Below are positions 1 to 11,653 of a DNA stretch of 64,000 nt, piece by piece. The DNA lies in assembly GCA_951406725.2 (NCBI GenBank), contig OX597822.1:100502001-100566000 (forward strand), written 5' to 3'. The notes beneath the pieces are model-generated. The model saw only the letters and a program-made list of their open reading frames with translations, had not been told where the DNA came from and ran no database searches. A program made the translations under genes and the position numbers. Source of the DNA: Octopus vulgaris (taxonomy: Eukaryota). Each line of letters starts with the position of its first letter. Within the stretch, counting starts at the first letter, position 1.

Positions 1-259
1 ACTGGGGCAACATGTAATAAAGTGTCTTGCTCAAGGACACCACGCGCCCCCAGGAATCACGCCCTTACGATCGTCAGCCGAATACCCTAACTACTAAGCC
101 ACGCGCCTTTAGATATATAGGCATGACTGTGTCGGTAAGAAGTTCGCTTCGCAACCATGTAGTTTCGCGTTCAGTTCCACTTCGCAGTAGCTTAGAAAAG
201 TGTGTTCTTCTATAGTCTCTACTCGATCAATTGCGAGTGAATTTGGTTGACAGAAACTC

Positions 260-267
260 TATGAATG

Positions 268-301
<34 letters not shown>

Positions 302-734
302 TGTATGTATGTATGTATGTATGTATGTATGTATGTATGTATGTATGTATGTATGTATATGTATGATGTGTATGAGTGTGTGTGTATGTATGTATGTATG
401 TATGTATGTATGTATGTATGTATGTATGTATGTATGTATGTTTGTATGTATGTGTATGAGTGTGTGTGTATGTATATGTATGTATGTTTGTATGTATGTA
501 TGTATGTATGTATGTGTATGTACGTACGTACGTATGTATGCATGCATGTATGTATGTATGTATGTATGTATATGTATGTTTGTATGTGTATGAGTGTGTG
601 TGTATGTATATGTATGTATGTATGTATGTATGTATGAATGTATGTATGTATGTATGTATGTATGTATGTATGCGTGTGTGTGTGTGTGTATGTATGTATA
701 TGTTTGTATGTATGTGTATGAGTGTGTGTGTATG

Positions 735-766
<32 letters not shown>

Positions 767-858
767 TGTATGTATGTATGTATGTATGTATGTATGTATG
801 TATGTATGTATGTATGTATGTATATGTATGTTTGTATGTGTATGAGTGTGTGTGTATG

Positions 859-890
<32 letters not shown>

Positions 891-912
891 TGTATGTATG
901 TATGTATGTATG

Positions 913-944
<32 letters not shown>

Positions 945-1290
945 TGTATGTATGTATGTATGTATGTATGTATGTATGTATGTATGTATGTATGTATGTA
1001 TGTATGTATGTATGTATGTATGTATGTATGTATGTATGTATGTTTGTATGTATGTATGTATGTATGTATGTATGTATGTATGTATGTATGTATGTATGTA
1101 TGTATGTATGTATGTATGCATGTATGTATGTATGTATGTATGTATGTATGTATGTATGTATGTATGTATGTATGTATGTGCGTATGTATGTATGTGTGTA
1201 TGTATGTATGTATGTATGTGTGTGTGTATGTATGTATGTATGTATGTATATGTTTGTATGTATGTGTATGAGTGTGTGTGTATGTATATG

Positions 1291-1322
<32 letters not shown>

Positions 1323-1526
1323 TGTATGTATGTATGTACGTATGTATGTATGTACGTATATATGTACGTATGTATGTACGTATGTATGTATGTATGTATG
1401 TATGTGCGTATGTATGTATGTATGTATGTATGTATGCATGTGCGTATGTGTGTATGTATGTATGTATGTATATATGTATGTATGTATATGTATGTATGTA
1501 TGTGTATGTATGTGTGTGTGTGTATG

Positions 1527-1558
<32 letters not shown>

Positions 1559-1598
1559 TGTGTGTGTATGTATGTATGTATGTATGTATGTATGTATG

Positions 1599-1632
<34 letters not shown>

Positions 1633-1890
1633 TGTATGTATGTATGTATGTATGTATGTATGTATGTATGTATGTATGTATGTATGTATGTATGTATGTA
1701 TGTATGTATGTATGTATGTATGTATGTATGTATGTATGTATGTATGTATGTGCGTATGTATGTATGTATGTATGTATGTATGTATGTATGTATGTATGTA
1801 TGCATGTGCGTATGTGTGTATGTATGTATGTATGTATGTATGTATGTATGTATGTATGTATGTATGTATGTGTGTGTGTATGTGTGTGTG
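260..1890. repeat. Very long (TATG)n microsatellite with variant units
   Basis: About 1.6 kb of TATG with interspersed TGTG/TTTG/TACG variants; source of the HTYI/MYVC ORFs. Confidence 0.98.
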
Positions 1891-2198
1891 TATCTATATA
1901 TGCATATGTATCATTGTATGTATATGCGTGACTGTGTGTCTTTGTATTCGTCTTCCGATCGCTTGACAATCGGTATTAGTTTGTTTACGCCCCCCGCTAC
2001 CTAGCAGTTCGACAAAAAGGATCGACATAATAAGTACCAAACTTAGATAAATAAATAATTAAATAAATAAATAGCTTAATGAATAATTTTTTTCTACTAC
2101 CCTGAAAGGATGGAAGGCAAAGTTTACTTCGACGGAATTTAAATTCAGAACGCAAGGACAGGCGCTAAGCATTTTTCCCGCCGTGCTGACAACTCTGA

Positions 2199-2283
<85 letters not shown>

Positions 2284-2289
2284 TAATAA

Positions 2290-2845
2290 ATGCCCTGATG
2301 CAGTACCAGGCAGTGGCTCTCATGGCTTCTGATCTTAACTGATTGGAAGTGTTATCATGTACATTGTTTTGTCTTGGTATAAAAGATGGGTTACAGCAAA
2401 TATTCTGCTCAATACCACAGATTTGCTTGTCAGTTGTTTGACCTTAACCAGTTGAGCATGTCCCTTAGTGGCTGACGATATGTGCATCTCTGATCACGAG
2501 CAGAAGTAGTGGGGGAGCATCATAGCCATGTGTTGAGAGGGATTCTTTGGGGTTTGAATAGTTCACCTCTGGAAACATGGGTGGTTCTTTCAACATCCTT
2601 AAACAACCCTTATTCAGGGACCGTTTGAGCGGGATGGGCTACTCAACCTGAAGAAAATTCTAACTGGGCCCCACCTGCAAGGTCATGTGCTGTTTATCTT
2701 GATATGAGATCACCATGTCGCGCACATATGGTTGTGATGCATGTGCCTGGTGTACCTTTATCAGACGGGTAGTCATGATGGGTATATTGGGCTTCGTATA
2801 TTTTACCCCAGTGTCACTTTGATGGCATGAACTGCTCTCTCACTC
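2290..2845 (+). mobile_element. ~556-bp non-coding interspersed repeat embedded in (TAA)n (copy 1)
   Basis: Matches 11654-12175 in reverse complement; (TAA)n on both sides; no ORF, TIR or tRNA head seen. Confidence 0.8.
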
Positions 2846-2893
<48 letters not shown>

Positions 2894-2894
2894 C

Positions 2895-3315
2895 CTTTCT
2901 ACTAAAGGTACAAGGCCTGGAATTTTAAGAGAGTGGCTAGTCGATTACATCGACCCCAGTGCTGAACTGGTATTCATTCATATTATCAATCCTGAAAAGA
3001 TGAAAGGTAAAGTCTACCTCGACGGAATTTGAACTCGCATCGTAAGGACCAACGAAATGCTAAAGATTTCGTCCGGCTTGCTAACGATTCTTATTTCTTT
3101 ATTGCCCATAAGAGGCAATAAAGAAATAAGGGCAAACAAGAGCAGACAAAGGGATTAAGTCGATTACATCGACCCCAGTGCGTAACTGGTACTTAATTTA
3201 TCGACTCCGAAAGGATGAAAGGCAAAGTCGATCTCGGCGGAATTTGAACTCAGAACGTAACGGCAGACGAAATACTGCTAAGCATTTCGCCCGGCTTGCT
3301 AACGATTCTGCCTGC
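2895..3315 (-). mobile_element. Two adjacent copies of tRNA-derived SINE family A
   Basis: Reverse complement of gttctgagttcaaattccgccgaggtcgactttgcctttcatcctttcggggtcgataaattaagtacc present twice. Confidence 0.8.
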
Positions 3316-4065
3316 TTACTGGTGGTGTCTAACCGTAAAAGCTTATGCTCCAGCATGGCCGCACTCTAATGGCTGAAGCAAATAAGAGTACATTTGTAAT
3401 GACTAATACGTGGCTGGTAATGGATGAAGAATATTGATGTAGAAACACCAGAACGAAAAATAATGGTAATGTTAAGATAATCCAAGGATATTTCATGTTC
3501 AGTAATAGAAGAAACACGATAATTTTCAGACTCCTCAGGATATTGGTAATTCCATCGCATTGTACCAATTTAATATGATTCCGGAAAACTAAATAGCTTT
3601 CATTCCGAAACGAAATAGCATTTTGGTAGCAAAAAAAAAAAAAATAAAGTAAATAAATATATAGAAAAACAGATTTTGGAAGATGGATAAAATGCGATGT
3701 AATGATAATTCTTGTAGAGATTCCATTAACTCCAAGACCGCAAGGAAACAAATACAGATTCCCACACGCACATACACATACACATACGCATATACATACA
3801 CATATATTTGTACAGTAAGGCTTTGAGAAACTGGTGCATTCAATCAGAAATAACCTTATAGTATTAATGTTCACCTGATTTATTTTCCTTTATATACCGT
3901 TGTCCATTTTACGATCTGTTTCTTCCAAGAACAATGAAATAAGTAGATAAAATACAAGGAATAATTTAATAGACTAGAAAACCTTTCAATACGGAACCCC
4001 AGCTTGGCAGCTGCTCATTGAAGCTAATCAGCAATATAACTGTCTGTCGGTCAGTCTTTTTGTGT

Positions 4066-4121
<56 letters not shown>

Positions 4122-4146
4122 AGATGTACTCGCATAGCAAGTAATT

Positions 4147-4210
<64 letters not shown>

Positions 4211-4211
<1 letters not shown>

Positions 4212-4507
4212 CTTTATATATAAAAGTGAAGTTGTGTGTCTGTCTCCTACGATTTACATTCCTAACTACTCCCACATTTTGCGGTGCAGTTTAACCAAAA
4301 GCGGGTATCTTATAGTCGTGATTCACATCGAGCTCTTCTGGGTATTAGCGCGCGTCTACGATGAGTCTACGATTAAAAAAAAAAATTTACCATCATTTTT
4401 TCCCATTTTTAATGCATTTTTTTGCTATTACATAAGGAAAGTAACTCTCTAAAAATGCTTATATAGTTATTTCCCTTACAAACCCGAACAACGCCGGGCG
4501 ATACTGC

Positions 4508-4510
<3 letters not shown>
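4211..4510 (+). mobile_element. Non-autonomous Helitron-like element
   Basis: Starts A|TC; ends with GC hairpin cccgaacaacgccggg followed by cgatactgc, matching the intact CTAG|T terminus at 51920-51947. Confidence 0.65.
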
Positions 4511-4545
<35 letters not shown>

Positions 4546-4716
4546 ACAGAGTTATTAGTGAGGAATTATCAATCCAGGCAAAATACTTTATAAGCTCTCT
4601 GTTACTCCACCAAGCTAACAATACTGTTTAGATTAGTAAAGAACTCCGCGTATTCCTGTTAGAGTCTCTACAATGGGTCAATCGAATATGAACGACTGGC
4701 AGTGAGGGACTCCTAG

Positions 4717-4890
4717 TTACCTCCGCCAAGGAAGGAGGTTATGTTTTCATCGGCGTTGGTTTGTTCGTCTGTCCGACTGTGTGCAAAATAACTCAAAAAG
4801 TTGTGAACGGTATTTGATGAAACTTGCAGGAAAAGTTGGTAATGACACAGGGAACAGTGATCCGGGAATTTTCATGGATTCTTGAAGGAG
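4717..4890 (+). mobile_element. Helentron-associated (HINE/DINE-like) element 5' part
   Basis: ttacctccgccaagg...gaggttatgttttc followed by a gtctgtcc-type microsatellite, typical of non-autonomous Helentron ends (recalled pattern). Confidence 0.5.
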
Positions 4891-4942
4891 TTTCATTTGT
4901 TGTATTTACTTTACATGAAGTATTACAATGTTACATTCTTTG

Positions 4943-5048
4943 ATTATCTGCAAATTTCTCAATAGTTCAACTTTGATACTCTCTTTTTCGCTGATCTTCA
5001 GCTTTATGTTAACATCCGCAGGGCAGCTGATTTCCACAACTGTACATA
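4943..5048 (-). mobile_element. Fragment of REL-endonuclease non-LTR retrotransposon (R4/Dong/NeSL type)
   Basis: Minus strand reads CTVVEISCPADVNIKLKISEKESIKVELLRNLQI, matching the E-x-S-C-P-x-D-x-N...EK segment of restriction-like endonucleases. Confidence 0.65.
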
Positions 5049-5429
5049 GATAACTCTTCAGTAGACTCGTGCGACTTCTTTGGGCATGTATTCAAGGCTA
5101 TCAGACGAGGAATCCTGACGATGTTATCCTCATGATGTTATCAGTCTCATGTGTGCAAACTTGATCAAGGGTTGCACTTCGACACTTGGTGGTTAAAAGA
5201 TATTGCCGAAGGGTTATCATGTATGTATGTATGTATGTATGTATGTATGTATGTATGTATGTATGTATGTATGTATTAGTTGCCAATTCTGTACAAGACA
5301 TTGTAGATCTTTAGCTGGGCTAAAAAGTCACATTCGATCACAGCACCAGTAACAGTTAAGCTTCGTATAATGGCCATATTCGATAACGAGGAGGCAGCCA
5401 TAAAAAATGTATGTATGTATGTATGTATG

Positions 5430-5459
<30 letters not shown>

Positions 5460-5460
<1 letters not shown>

Positions 5461-5710
5461 GGGTATAAGCGTGAATGGTCCAGTGGTTAAGGTCTTGTGT
5501 TCACGATCGCGAGACTGGGTGGTACGTTGAGTTCTTGAGTAAAGCAATTCTCCTTACGTTGCTCTGCGATTACCTCGGCATCTGAAATGTGGTACACCGA
5601 GCACCTGTACAGGCAATGTCGATTTGAGGGCGAGAGTGAGCTAATGTGCAGCACAAACACTTGATGACTATAAACAAATTACATTTGTAGGTTGTTTTGC
5701 AAGAAATTGC
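5460..5710 (+). mobile_element. Degenerate tRNA-derived SINE (family C-like head); its tail appears to resume at ~6475-6515 after the SINE-A array
   Basis: Box A-like tggtccagtggttaagg head; gcagaaccctcatcagtcg at 6477 resembles the tail of the 7938 copy. Confidence 0.5.
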
Positions 5711-5719
5711 AGCAAGCAA

Positions 5720-6472
5720 GCAGAAATGTTAGAACGCCGGGCGAAATGCTTAGCGGTTACGTTGTGAAATGCTGCCGTTACGTTGTGAGTTCAAATTCCG
5801 CTGAGGTCGACTTTGCCTTTCATCCTTTCGGGGTCGATAAATTAAGTACCAGTTACACACTGGGGTCGATATAATCGACTTAATCCGTTTGGCTGTCCCT
5901 GTTTGTCCTCTCTGTGTTTAGCCCCTTGTGAGTAGTAAAGAAATAGGTATTCGTCTGCCGCTACGTTCTGAGTTCAAAGACTTTGCCTTTCATCCTTTCG
6001 GGGTCGATAAATTAAGTACCAGTTACACACTGGGGTCGATATAATCGACTTAATCCGTTTGGCTGTCCCTGTTTGTCCTCTCTGTGTTTAGCCACTTGTA
6101 GGTAGTAAAGAAATAGGTATTCGTCTGCCGCTACGTTCTGAGTTCAAAGACTTTGCCTTTCGTCCTTTCGGGGTAGATTAAATAAGTACCAGTTACGCAC
6201 TGGGGTCGATATAATCGACTTAATCCGTTTATCTGTCCATGTTTGTCCCTTCTGTGTGTAGCCCCTTGTGAGCAGTAAAGAAATAGGCATTTCTTCTGTC
6301 TTTACGTTCTGAGTTCAAATTCCGTCGAGGTGGACTTTGCCTTTCATCCTTTCGGGGTCGATAAATTAAGTACCAGTTACGCACTGGAATCGATATAATT
6401 GACTTAATCCGTTTATCTGTCCTTGTTTGTCCCTTCTGTGTGTAGCCCCTTGTGGACAGTAAAGAAATAAGG
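5720..6472 (+). mobile_element. Tandem tetramer of SINE family A
   Basis: One head plus four ~170-185-bp bodies joined at aaagaaatag|gtatt (5946, 6116) and aaagaaatag|gcatt (6286); units 2 and 3 share a 13-bp deletion. Confidence 0.9.
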
Positions 6473-7453
6473 AATGGCAGAACCCTCATCAGTCGTCTCC
6501 CACAGGAGAGTCCATGCATGTATAAACGCGACAATGTAAATTTCATATGATTAAGGTATCTTCGACCTCGTGAGTAGCTCGCTGAGTACTCCTTGTTGAG
6601 TAGTTATTACATGTGAGGATCTTCTAGCTAGGAAACAAATGTAGCCTGTATTTTACCCGTGTCACTCCCTCACTTTGGATTTTTATTCGCATTCATAGCA
6701 ACACTAGATGCTAACCGTGAGCTATACATACATTTCTTTTCCGGATTATCGAACTTCGATATGGGAAAAGCTAAAAACCTTCTTGAACGCTGTCTTTTAT
6801 ACCTACCTACACTTAGATGCTAGGATCTTACAATTACACACACACACGCATACACACACACACGCACACACACACACAGATATATGCTTATATGTGTGTG
6901 TGTGTGTGTGTGTGTGTCATGGTGTCACGACCGTCCGGAATTTGGTAGATACGTGGTCCGACCTCCGCAGAAGGTTGTCCACATTTTATCTGTCCAACGG
7001 ATTAGTTCTTGCTTTTTTTATCCAGTATATTCTAAGCAATAATCTATAACAAAATTCGCGCTACGTAGTAATAGAGAATTATATACATATTTCACAATGA
7101 TTCTTAACTGCAATCTAAATGTGAACAAAATTCCATTCTCACTTATAGGATTAAAGCTTCTTATTCGAACGGTTGAAAGATGGAGAACCACTTCGGTGTA
7201 ATTACAATTCGTGTTTCGAGCTCTGTGATTGACCGTCTACCTTTTTCCCCACTTTTTGTCTTTCAAGAGGATTTTTTTTTACTCCAAATTTAAGGAGGTC
7301 TTATTTCGATTTACTTTGTGAAAGACAAAGCAAAGCGAATGTTTTTTTCGTATATGTAATAGCAATATGAAGTGTTTTCATCCCTAGAAGTAGTTAGGCA
7401 GGGCGGAGATTAGGATCGTATCTGATGGTACTATCAGCATGGGTTACACTAAA

Positions 7454-7506
<53 letters not shown>

Positions 7507-7507
<1 letters not shown>

Positions 7508-7721
7508 CTTTTACTTCTTTCAGTTATTAGACTGCTGCGGTCATGCTGGGGCACCGCCTTGAAGAACTTTTAGTCGAATGAATCGAACCCAGTGCTTATT
7601 TTTTTGTTAAACCTGGTACTTATTCTACCAGTGTCTTTTTGTCGAAGCACGAAGTTACGGGGACGTAAACAAGCCAACACCGGTTGTCAAGTGGTGGTGG
7701 GAAACAAACACAGATACAAAG

Positions 7722-7752
<31 letters not shown>

Positions 7753-7886
7753 CATACGCCGGGTTTCACATAGCTTTGGTCGGCCTGAGGCTATAGAAGA
7801 AGACATATGCACAAGGTGCCACGCAGTAGGACTGAACTCGGAACCTTGTCGTTGGGATACAAGCTTCTTACAACACAGCCACGCCA
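7507..7886 (-). mobile_element. SINE family B (tRNA head, CORE-like centre, CR1-like tail), diverged
   Basis: Homologous to 29796-30201 and 46491-46903. Confidence 0.85.
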
Positions 7887-7937
7887 GTATCTAGCTGTCT
7901 GTAGAATTTACAAAAATATATACCTTATATAAAACTT

Positions 7938-8318
7938 GGAGGCGCAATGGCCCAGTGGTTAGGGCAGCTGACTCGCGGTCATAGGATCGCGGTTTCGATT
8001 CCCAGACCGGGCGTTGTGAGTGTTTATTGAGCGAAAACACCTAAAGCTCCACGAGGCTCCGGCAGGGGATGGTGGTGATCCCTGCTGTACTCTTTCACCA
8101 CAACTTTCTCTCACTCTTACTTCCTGTTTCTGTTGTACCTATATTTGAAAGGGCCGGCCTTGTCACTCTCTGTGTCACGCTGAATATCCCCGAGAACTAC
8201 GTTAAGGGTACACGTTTCTGTGGAGTGCTCAGCCACTTACACGTTAATTTCACGAGCAGGCTGTTCCGTTGATAGGATCAACCGGAACCCTCGTTGTCGT
8301 AACCGACGGAGTGCTTCC
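7938..8318 (+). mobile_element. Full-length tRNA-derived SINE family C with 11-bp TSD
   Basis: Box A tggcccagtgg, box B ggtttcgattccc; TSD atataaaactt at 7927-7937 and 8319-8329. Confidence 0.9.
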
Positions 8319-9057
8319 ATATAAAACTTATGCCATTAAAGTGCAGTTACATACGGGAGTTATGATTTACAAACAGGGTAAACATCTGCCTGACTAGTCT
8401 TTATAAAAAGCATCCTTGAACATTGTAAGAACTTTAGGTCCAGACCTTACCAAACCCGAACACAATCATGTTCAGTCTCGCAGAGTTCCACTCTGAAGCC
8501 TGGCACTAACCCTTGTGATACCGTTGCAAATTGTGTGTGCGTACATGTGTGAGCGTGCGCGCGCGTGTATGTGTAGAGGAGAGAAAAAGAGAATGTAATA
8601 AAAAATATTTTAAACATTTGCACATTCTCTCTCTCTCTCTCTTCCTCCTTCTCTCTGTTACTGTTTATTCCCAGGTCAACCTTAATTGAGCAAAACCGAT
8701 AATGAAAGGTCACTTCAGCTTTGACCATTTCATTTGTGTAAGGATATATCAGACTAAATTATCTAACGTTCTCTATCTTGCTTTATTTAAGACGGTGGGA
8801 CGCGATTTGAATGAGGTTTGACTGTTAATACTAGCACGTTAAGGATTTCTCTTAGTGTATGTGAGGGACGGTGTGTGTGTGTGCGCTTAAAATTTGCATG
8901 ATTGTTTTATAAGATGTTACATTAAGAATTTGCAGTTAACCTTGTCTGAAGCTTTCATTTTGAAATGAAACGGCCCTTTCTGATTCAATTAGCTTCTGGT
9001 AATTAGGAAACAAAATAAATAGATAGGAGTGGCTGTGAGGTAAGTAGCTTGCTTACC

Positions 9058-9800
9058 TCACTGACAGAAGAGTTCGCATTTTTCATGCTGCTTGGAAGTC
9101 ACGTCTTGCGACGTGAAAATCGAACATTTGAAGCACGACTACAGGTAGGCGTTTGTTTTGTTTTGGGAGGGGCTTAGTGGAGTTTGTTGTTCAGTAACTA
9201 ATAATTTTTGTTGAGCAATAGACTCCACTCTGTTCCAGACATTTGCCTGCCTGTGGTTCTGCGAAAAGTCTCACTTTGCAGTGAGAATAGTGTTTTGGGG
9301 AGGCGTATTCCCTCCAGGAAAAAAAATTTTGTCTGTTTTTTCTTGTGTTCGTGCCCGTACCTTTGGGTCTACCATTCAGGTAAGGAGTGCGAGGACGGCG
9401 GAGAATTTAATTTTTGTGCTGCGGATTACCTGAGCAGCAGAATTTTGTTACCAGTTGAACTGTCTTCTTTCATTCCTGTTTTCCCACGTCTGTCTTTCCG
9501 TTCTTTCTTTGTGTTATATTATTGACTTTTATTTGAACATTTTTGGACTTTTTGTTTTCGGATTATTTTAATTTTATTTTTTGAAAAAAAAATGGCAACA
9601 AAGAATACTGCTTTGGAGTGGCGAATTGTGGCCCCCAAAGATTGGCTCAAAAATTATACTGAGAGAACGGTGGTGTTAAGGACCTACTCTAGGGTCCTTG
9701 AAGCCATCGCTGAGTTCTCTCAGACTGACATTGAGGAAGAGTTGGCAAAGTACCCGCCAACTTTTCGATTTATTCGTAGGGGTGCAAAGTACGGAACTGT

Positions 9801-9856
<56 letters not shown>

Positions 9857-10520
9857 GTTGTTGTTGTTGTTGTTGTTGTTGTTATTGTTATTATTATTAT
9901 TATTATTAAGACAAACATTTTTCTCTTTGGCCAATCCCTGATCAATTTTTTCAAGTTTCACTTGAAAAGGAAAATAAGAGTAGAGAGGAAAGTAGTCTTC
10001 TAGCCAATTTGCTGAAAGTTAAGTTAAGTTAATTTTTTGGCTCAAAAAGCAAAAAGCAAGGCCATGTAGGGGGACATGGAGTTACGTACAGGGAGGATGT
10101 TCATGCAAAGAGTTCAGGCCATTTCTGGTCAAGAGAGACTTTGAACCGAGCGGTCGTCGGCATCTTCACTATCTCGTCCGGCAGCTTATTCCACGGATCC
10201 GCAACCCGGACGGACAAAGCCCCTCTCCTTCGATTGAGATGAAATCGTCGCAGATAGAGCTTTTCGGAGTGACCCCGCAGCCGAGGCTCTGGAGCAGGAG
10301 TGAAGAACAGCTCTTTCGAGAGGTGGATGAAAGTGACGTGAATGGTGCGAGTGAACAGGCCTGCCCTGAGCTTACACCTGTAGTTGAGAAAAAAAAAAAG
10401 GAAAGGAAAAAAGGCACCTGCCTCAAAAGTTTAAGTACCCATAGTTTTTTTTATGGGGTTTTTACATGAGCAGCTCTCGAACACCTCCTCCCTATTGAGG
10501 ATTCTACATTTAAAAAAAAA
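9058..10520 (+). mobile_element. Internally deleted L1/Tx1-like LINE remnant (5'UTR, ORF1 start, ORF2 C-terminus, 3'UTR)
   Basis: ORF start MATKNTALEWRIVAPKDWLKNY at 9592, cut by (TAT)n. LINFFKFHLKRKIRVERKV..SSQFAE (9909-10018, one frameshift) rejoins RWMKVT*MVRVNRPALSLHL* (10321-10383) once the inserted CR1 piece is removed. Clade assignment is inference. Confidence 0.5.
10019..10318 (-). mobile_element. 5'-truncated CR1-clade LINE (ORF2 C-terminus + 3'UTR + (TAACT)n tail)
   Basis: 10316-10101 encodes KELFFTPAPEPRLRGHSEKLYLRRFHLNRRRGALSVRVADPWNKLPDEIVKMPTTARFKVSLDQKWPELFA*, the classic CR1 RGH..KL / WN.LP / FK..LD ending; uninterrupted. Confidence 0.9.
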
Positions 10521-10681
10521 TTTTGTTGATCTTGTTTACGCGTAAAACCCTTACAACAGCACACACTCACACACACATTCTTTGTTTTGTACTGTACTGT
10601 CCATAATGTTTTTCTTAAAGTAAACCCTTGTAGTTAATAAAGAAATTATTACTACTATTACTATTATTACTATTATTATTA

Positions 10682-11240
10682 CTTTCCGATTGAGTTGCAT
10701 TTTTATTTCATCTTCAGACCGGGTCTCAACCAGAGACCCAAGGCACATATATATATTAGATAGAGCGAAACATCCTGAAAATGTGGGCAGTTGATGTCAA
10801 CACAAGTTTTTGAGTCTTATAGATTGTTGGTTTTCCAGGGATCTAGTACAAAAATTTGTCAGTACCTTTCTTTATCATTCCCAGGGCACCTACAACAACA
10901 GGGATGGCTTTGGTTTTTAATTGTCACGTCCGAGATATCTCAGTCTCAAGGTCCTTATATTTCGATAGTTTTTCAAATTCCTTTGCTGAGATGTTTCTAT
11001 CAGTAGGTACTGACATGTCAATTAACAAGATTCTTTGTTTTAGGTTTTTGACGACAAAGCCTGATCTGTTAGCATTTATTTGCCTGTCTGTATGTATCCT
11101 ATAATCCCATAGAATGGTAACATTCTCTCTCTCAGTAACTGGCTCTGGTTGATGGTCATTCCAGTTTTAAGGGTGCGGGGTACCACAGTGACGGCATATT
11201 ATCCAGTGTGAATATTGATCAACTCGATCATTCTTGGTTT
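10682..11240 (-). mobile_element. 5'-truncated Dong/R4-type LINE: REL endonuclease pseudogene + 3'UTR
   Basis: 11238-10756 reads HWIIC..W.DHQPEPV..ILWDYRIHTDRQINANR..LLIDMSVPTDRNISAKEFEKLSKYKDLE..IPVVVGALG with 3 in-frame stops; 3' end runs into a (TAA)-type repeat. Confidence 0.92.
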
Positions 11241-11279
11241 TATATTATTGTTGTTGTTTATTTGTTTGTTTGTTTGTTG

Positions 11280-11635
11280 AGCGAAGCGGTCTTCGTCCCA
11301 GTGAGAGAAGTCCGAAACGTGGTCCTTTGCTATTCGTAAGACACGCAGAAGAGAAAGCAGGTCAACCCCCGACGCCGAGAGCATCGACGGATTGTTGAAT
11401 GCGCATCCAGGCTCAGCGGTTGCGTAGGAAGTCGGGGACAAGAAATAGGAAGAAAGAGTGAGAGAAAGTTGGAGTGAAACAGTGCAACAGGGATCGCCAC
11501 CACCCCCTGCCGGAGCATCGTGGAGCTTTAGGTGTTTTCGCTCAATAAACACACACAACGCCCGTTCTGGGAATCGAAACCGCGATCCTCCGACCGCGAG
11601 TCCGCTGCCCTAACCACTGGACCATTGCGCCTCCA
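11280..11635 (-). mobile_element. SINE family C, tail variant 2
   Basis: Same head/body as 7938-8130; unrelated 3' part ending in (CAAA)n. Confidence 0.85.
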
Positions 11636-11653
11636 CTAACTCGTGTTGTTGTT

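Noticed and set aside
219-2004. ORFs of 400-580 aa (HTYI/MYVC repeats) and the many similar IYIY, YLSI, poly-L/N/I/S ORFs across the window
   Set aside because: Translations of stop-free microsatellites; no coding complexity.
5720-6472. Repeat array as CRISPR-like or a tRNA gene cluster
   Set aside because: Units are whole ~170-185-bp SINE bodies without unique spacers; eukaryotic context; no complete cloverleaf.
7938-8010. tRNA gene
   Set aside because: The tRNA-like head continues into a SINE body with TSDs and multiple diverged copies.
11280-11330. GAAACGT motif suggesting a hammerhead in the SINE-C tail
   Set aside because: No CUGANGA-like core and no stem II partner upstream.
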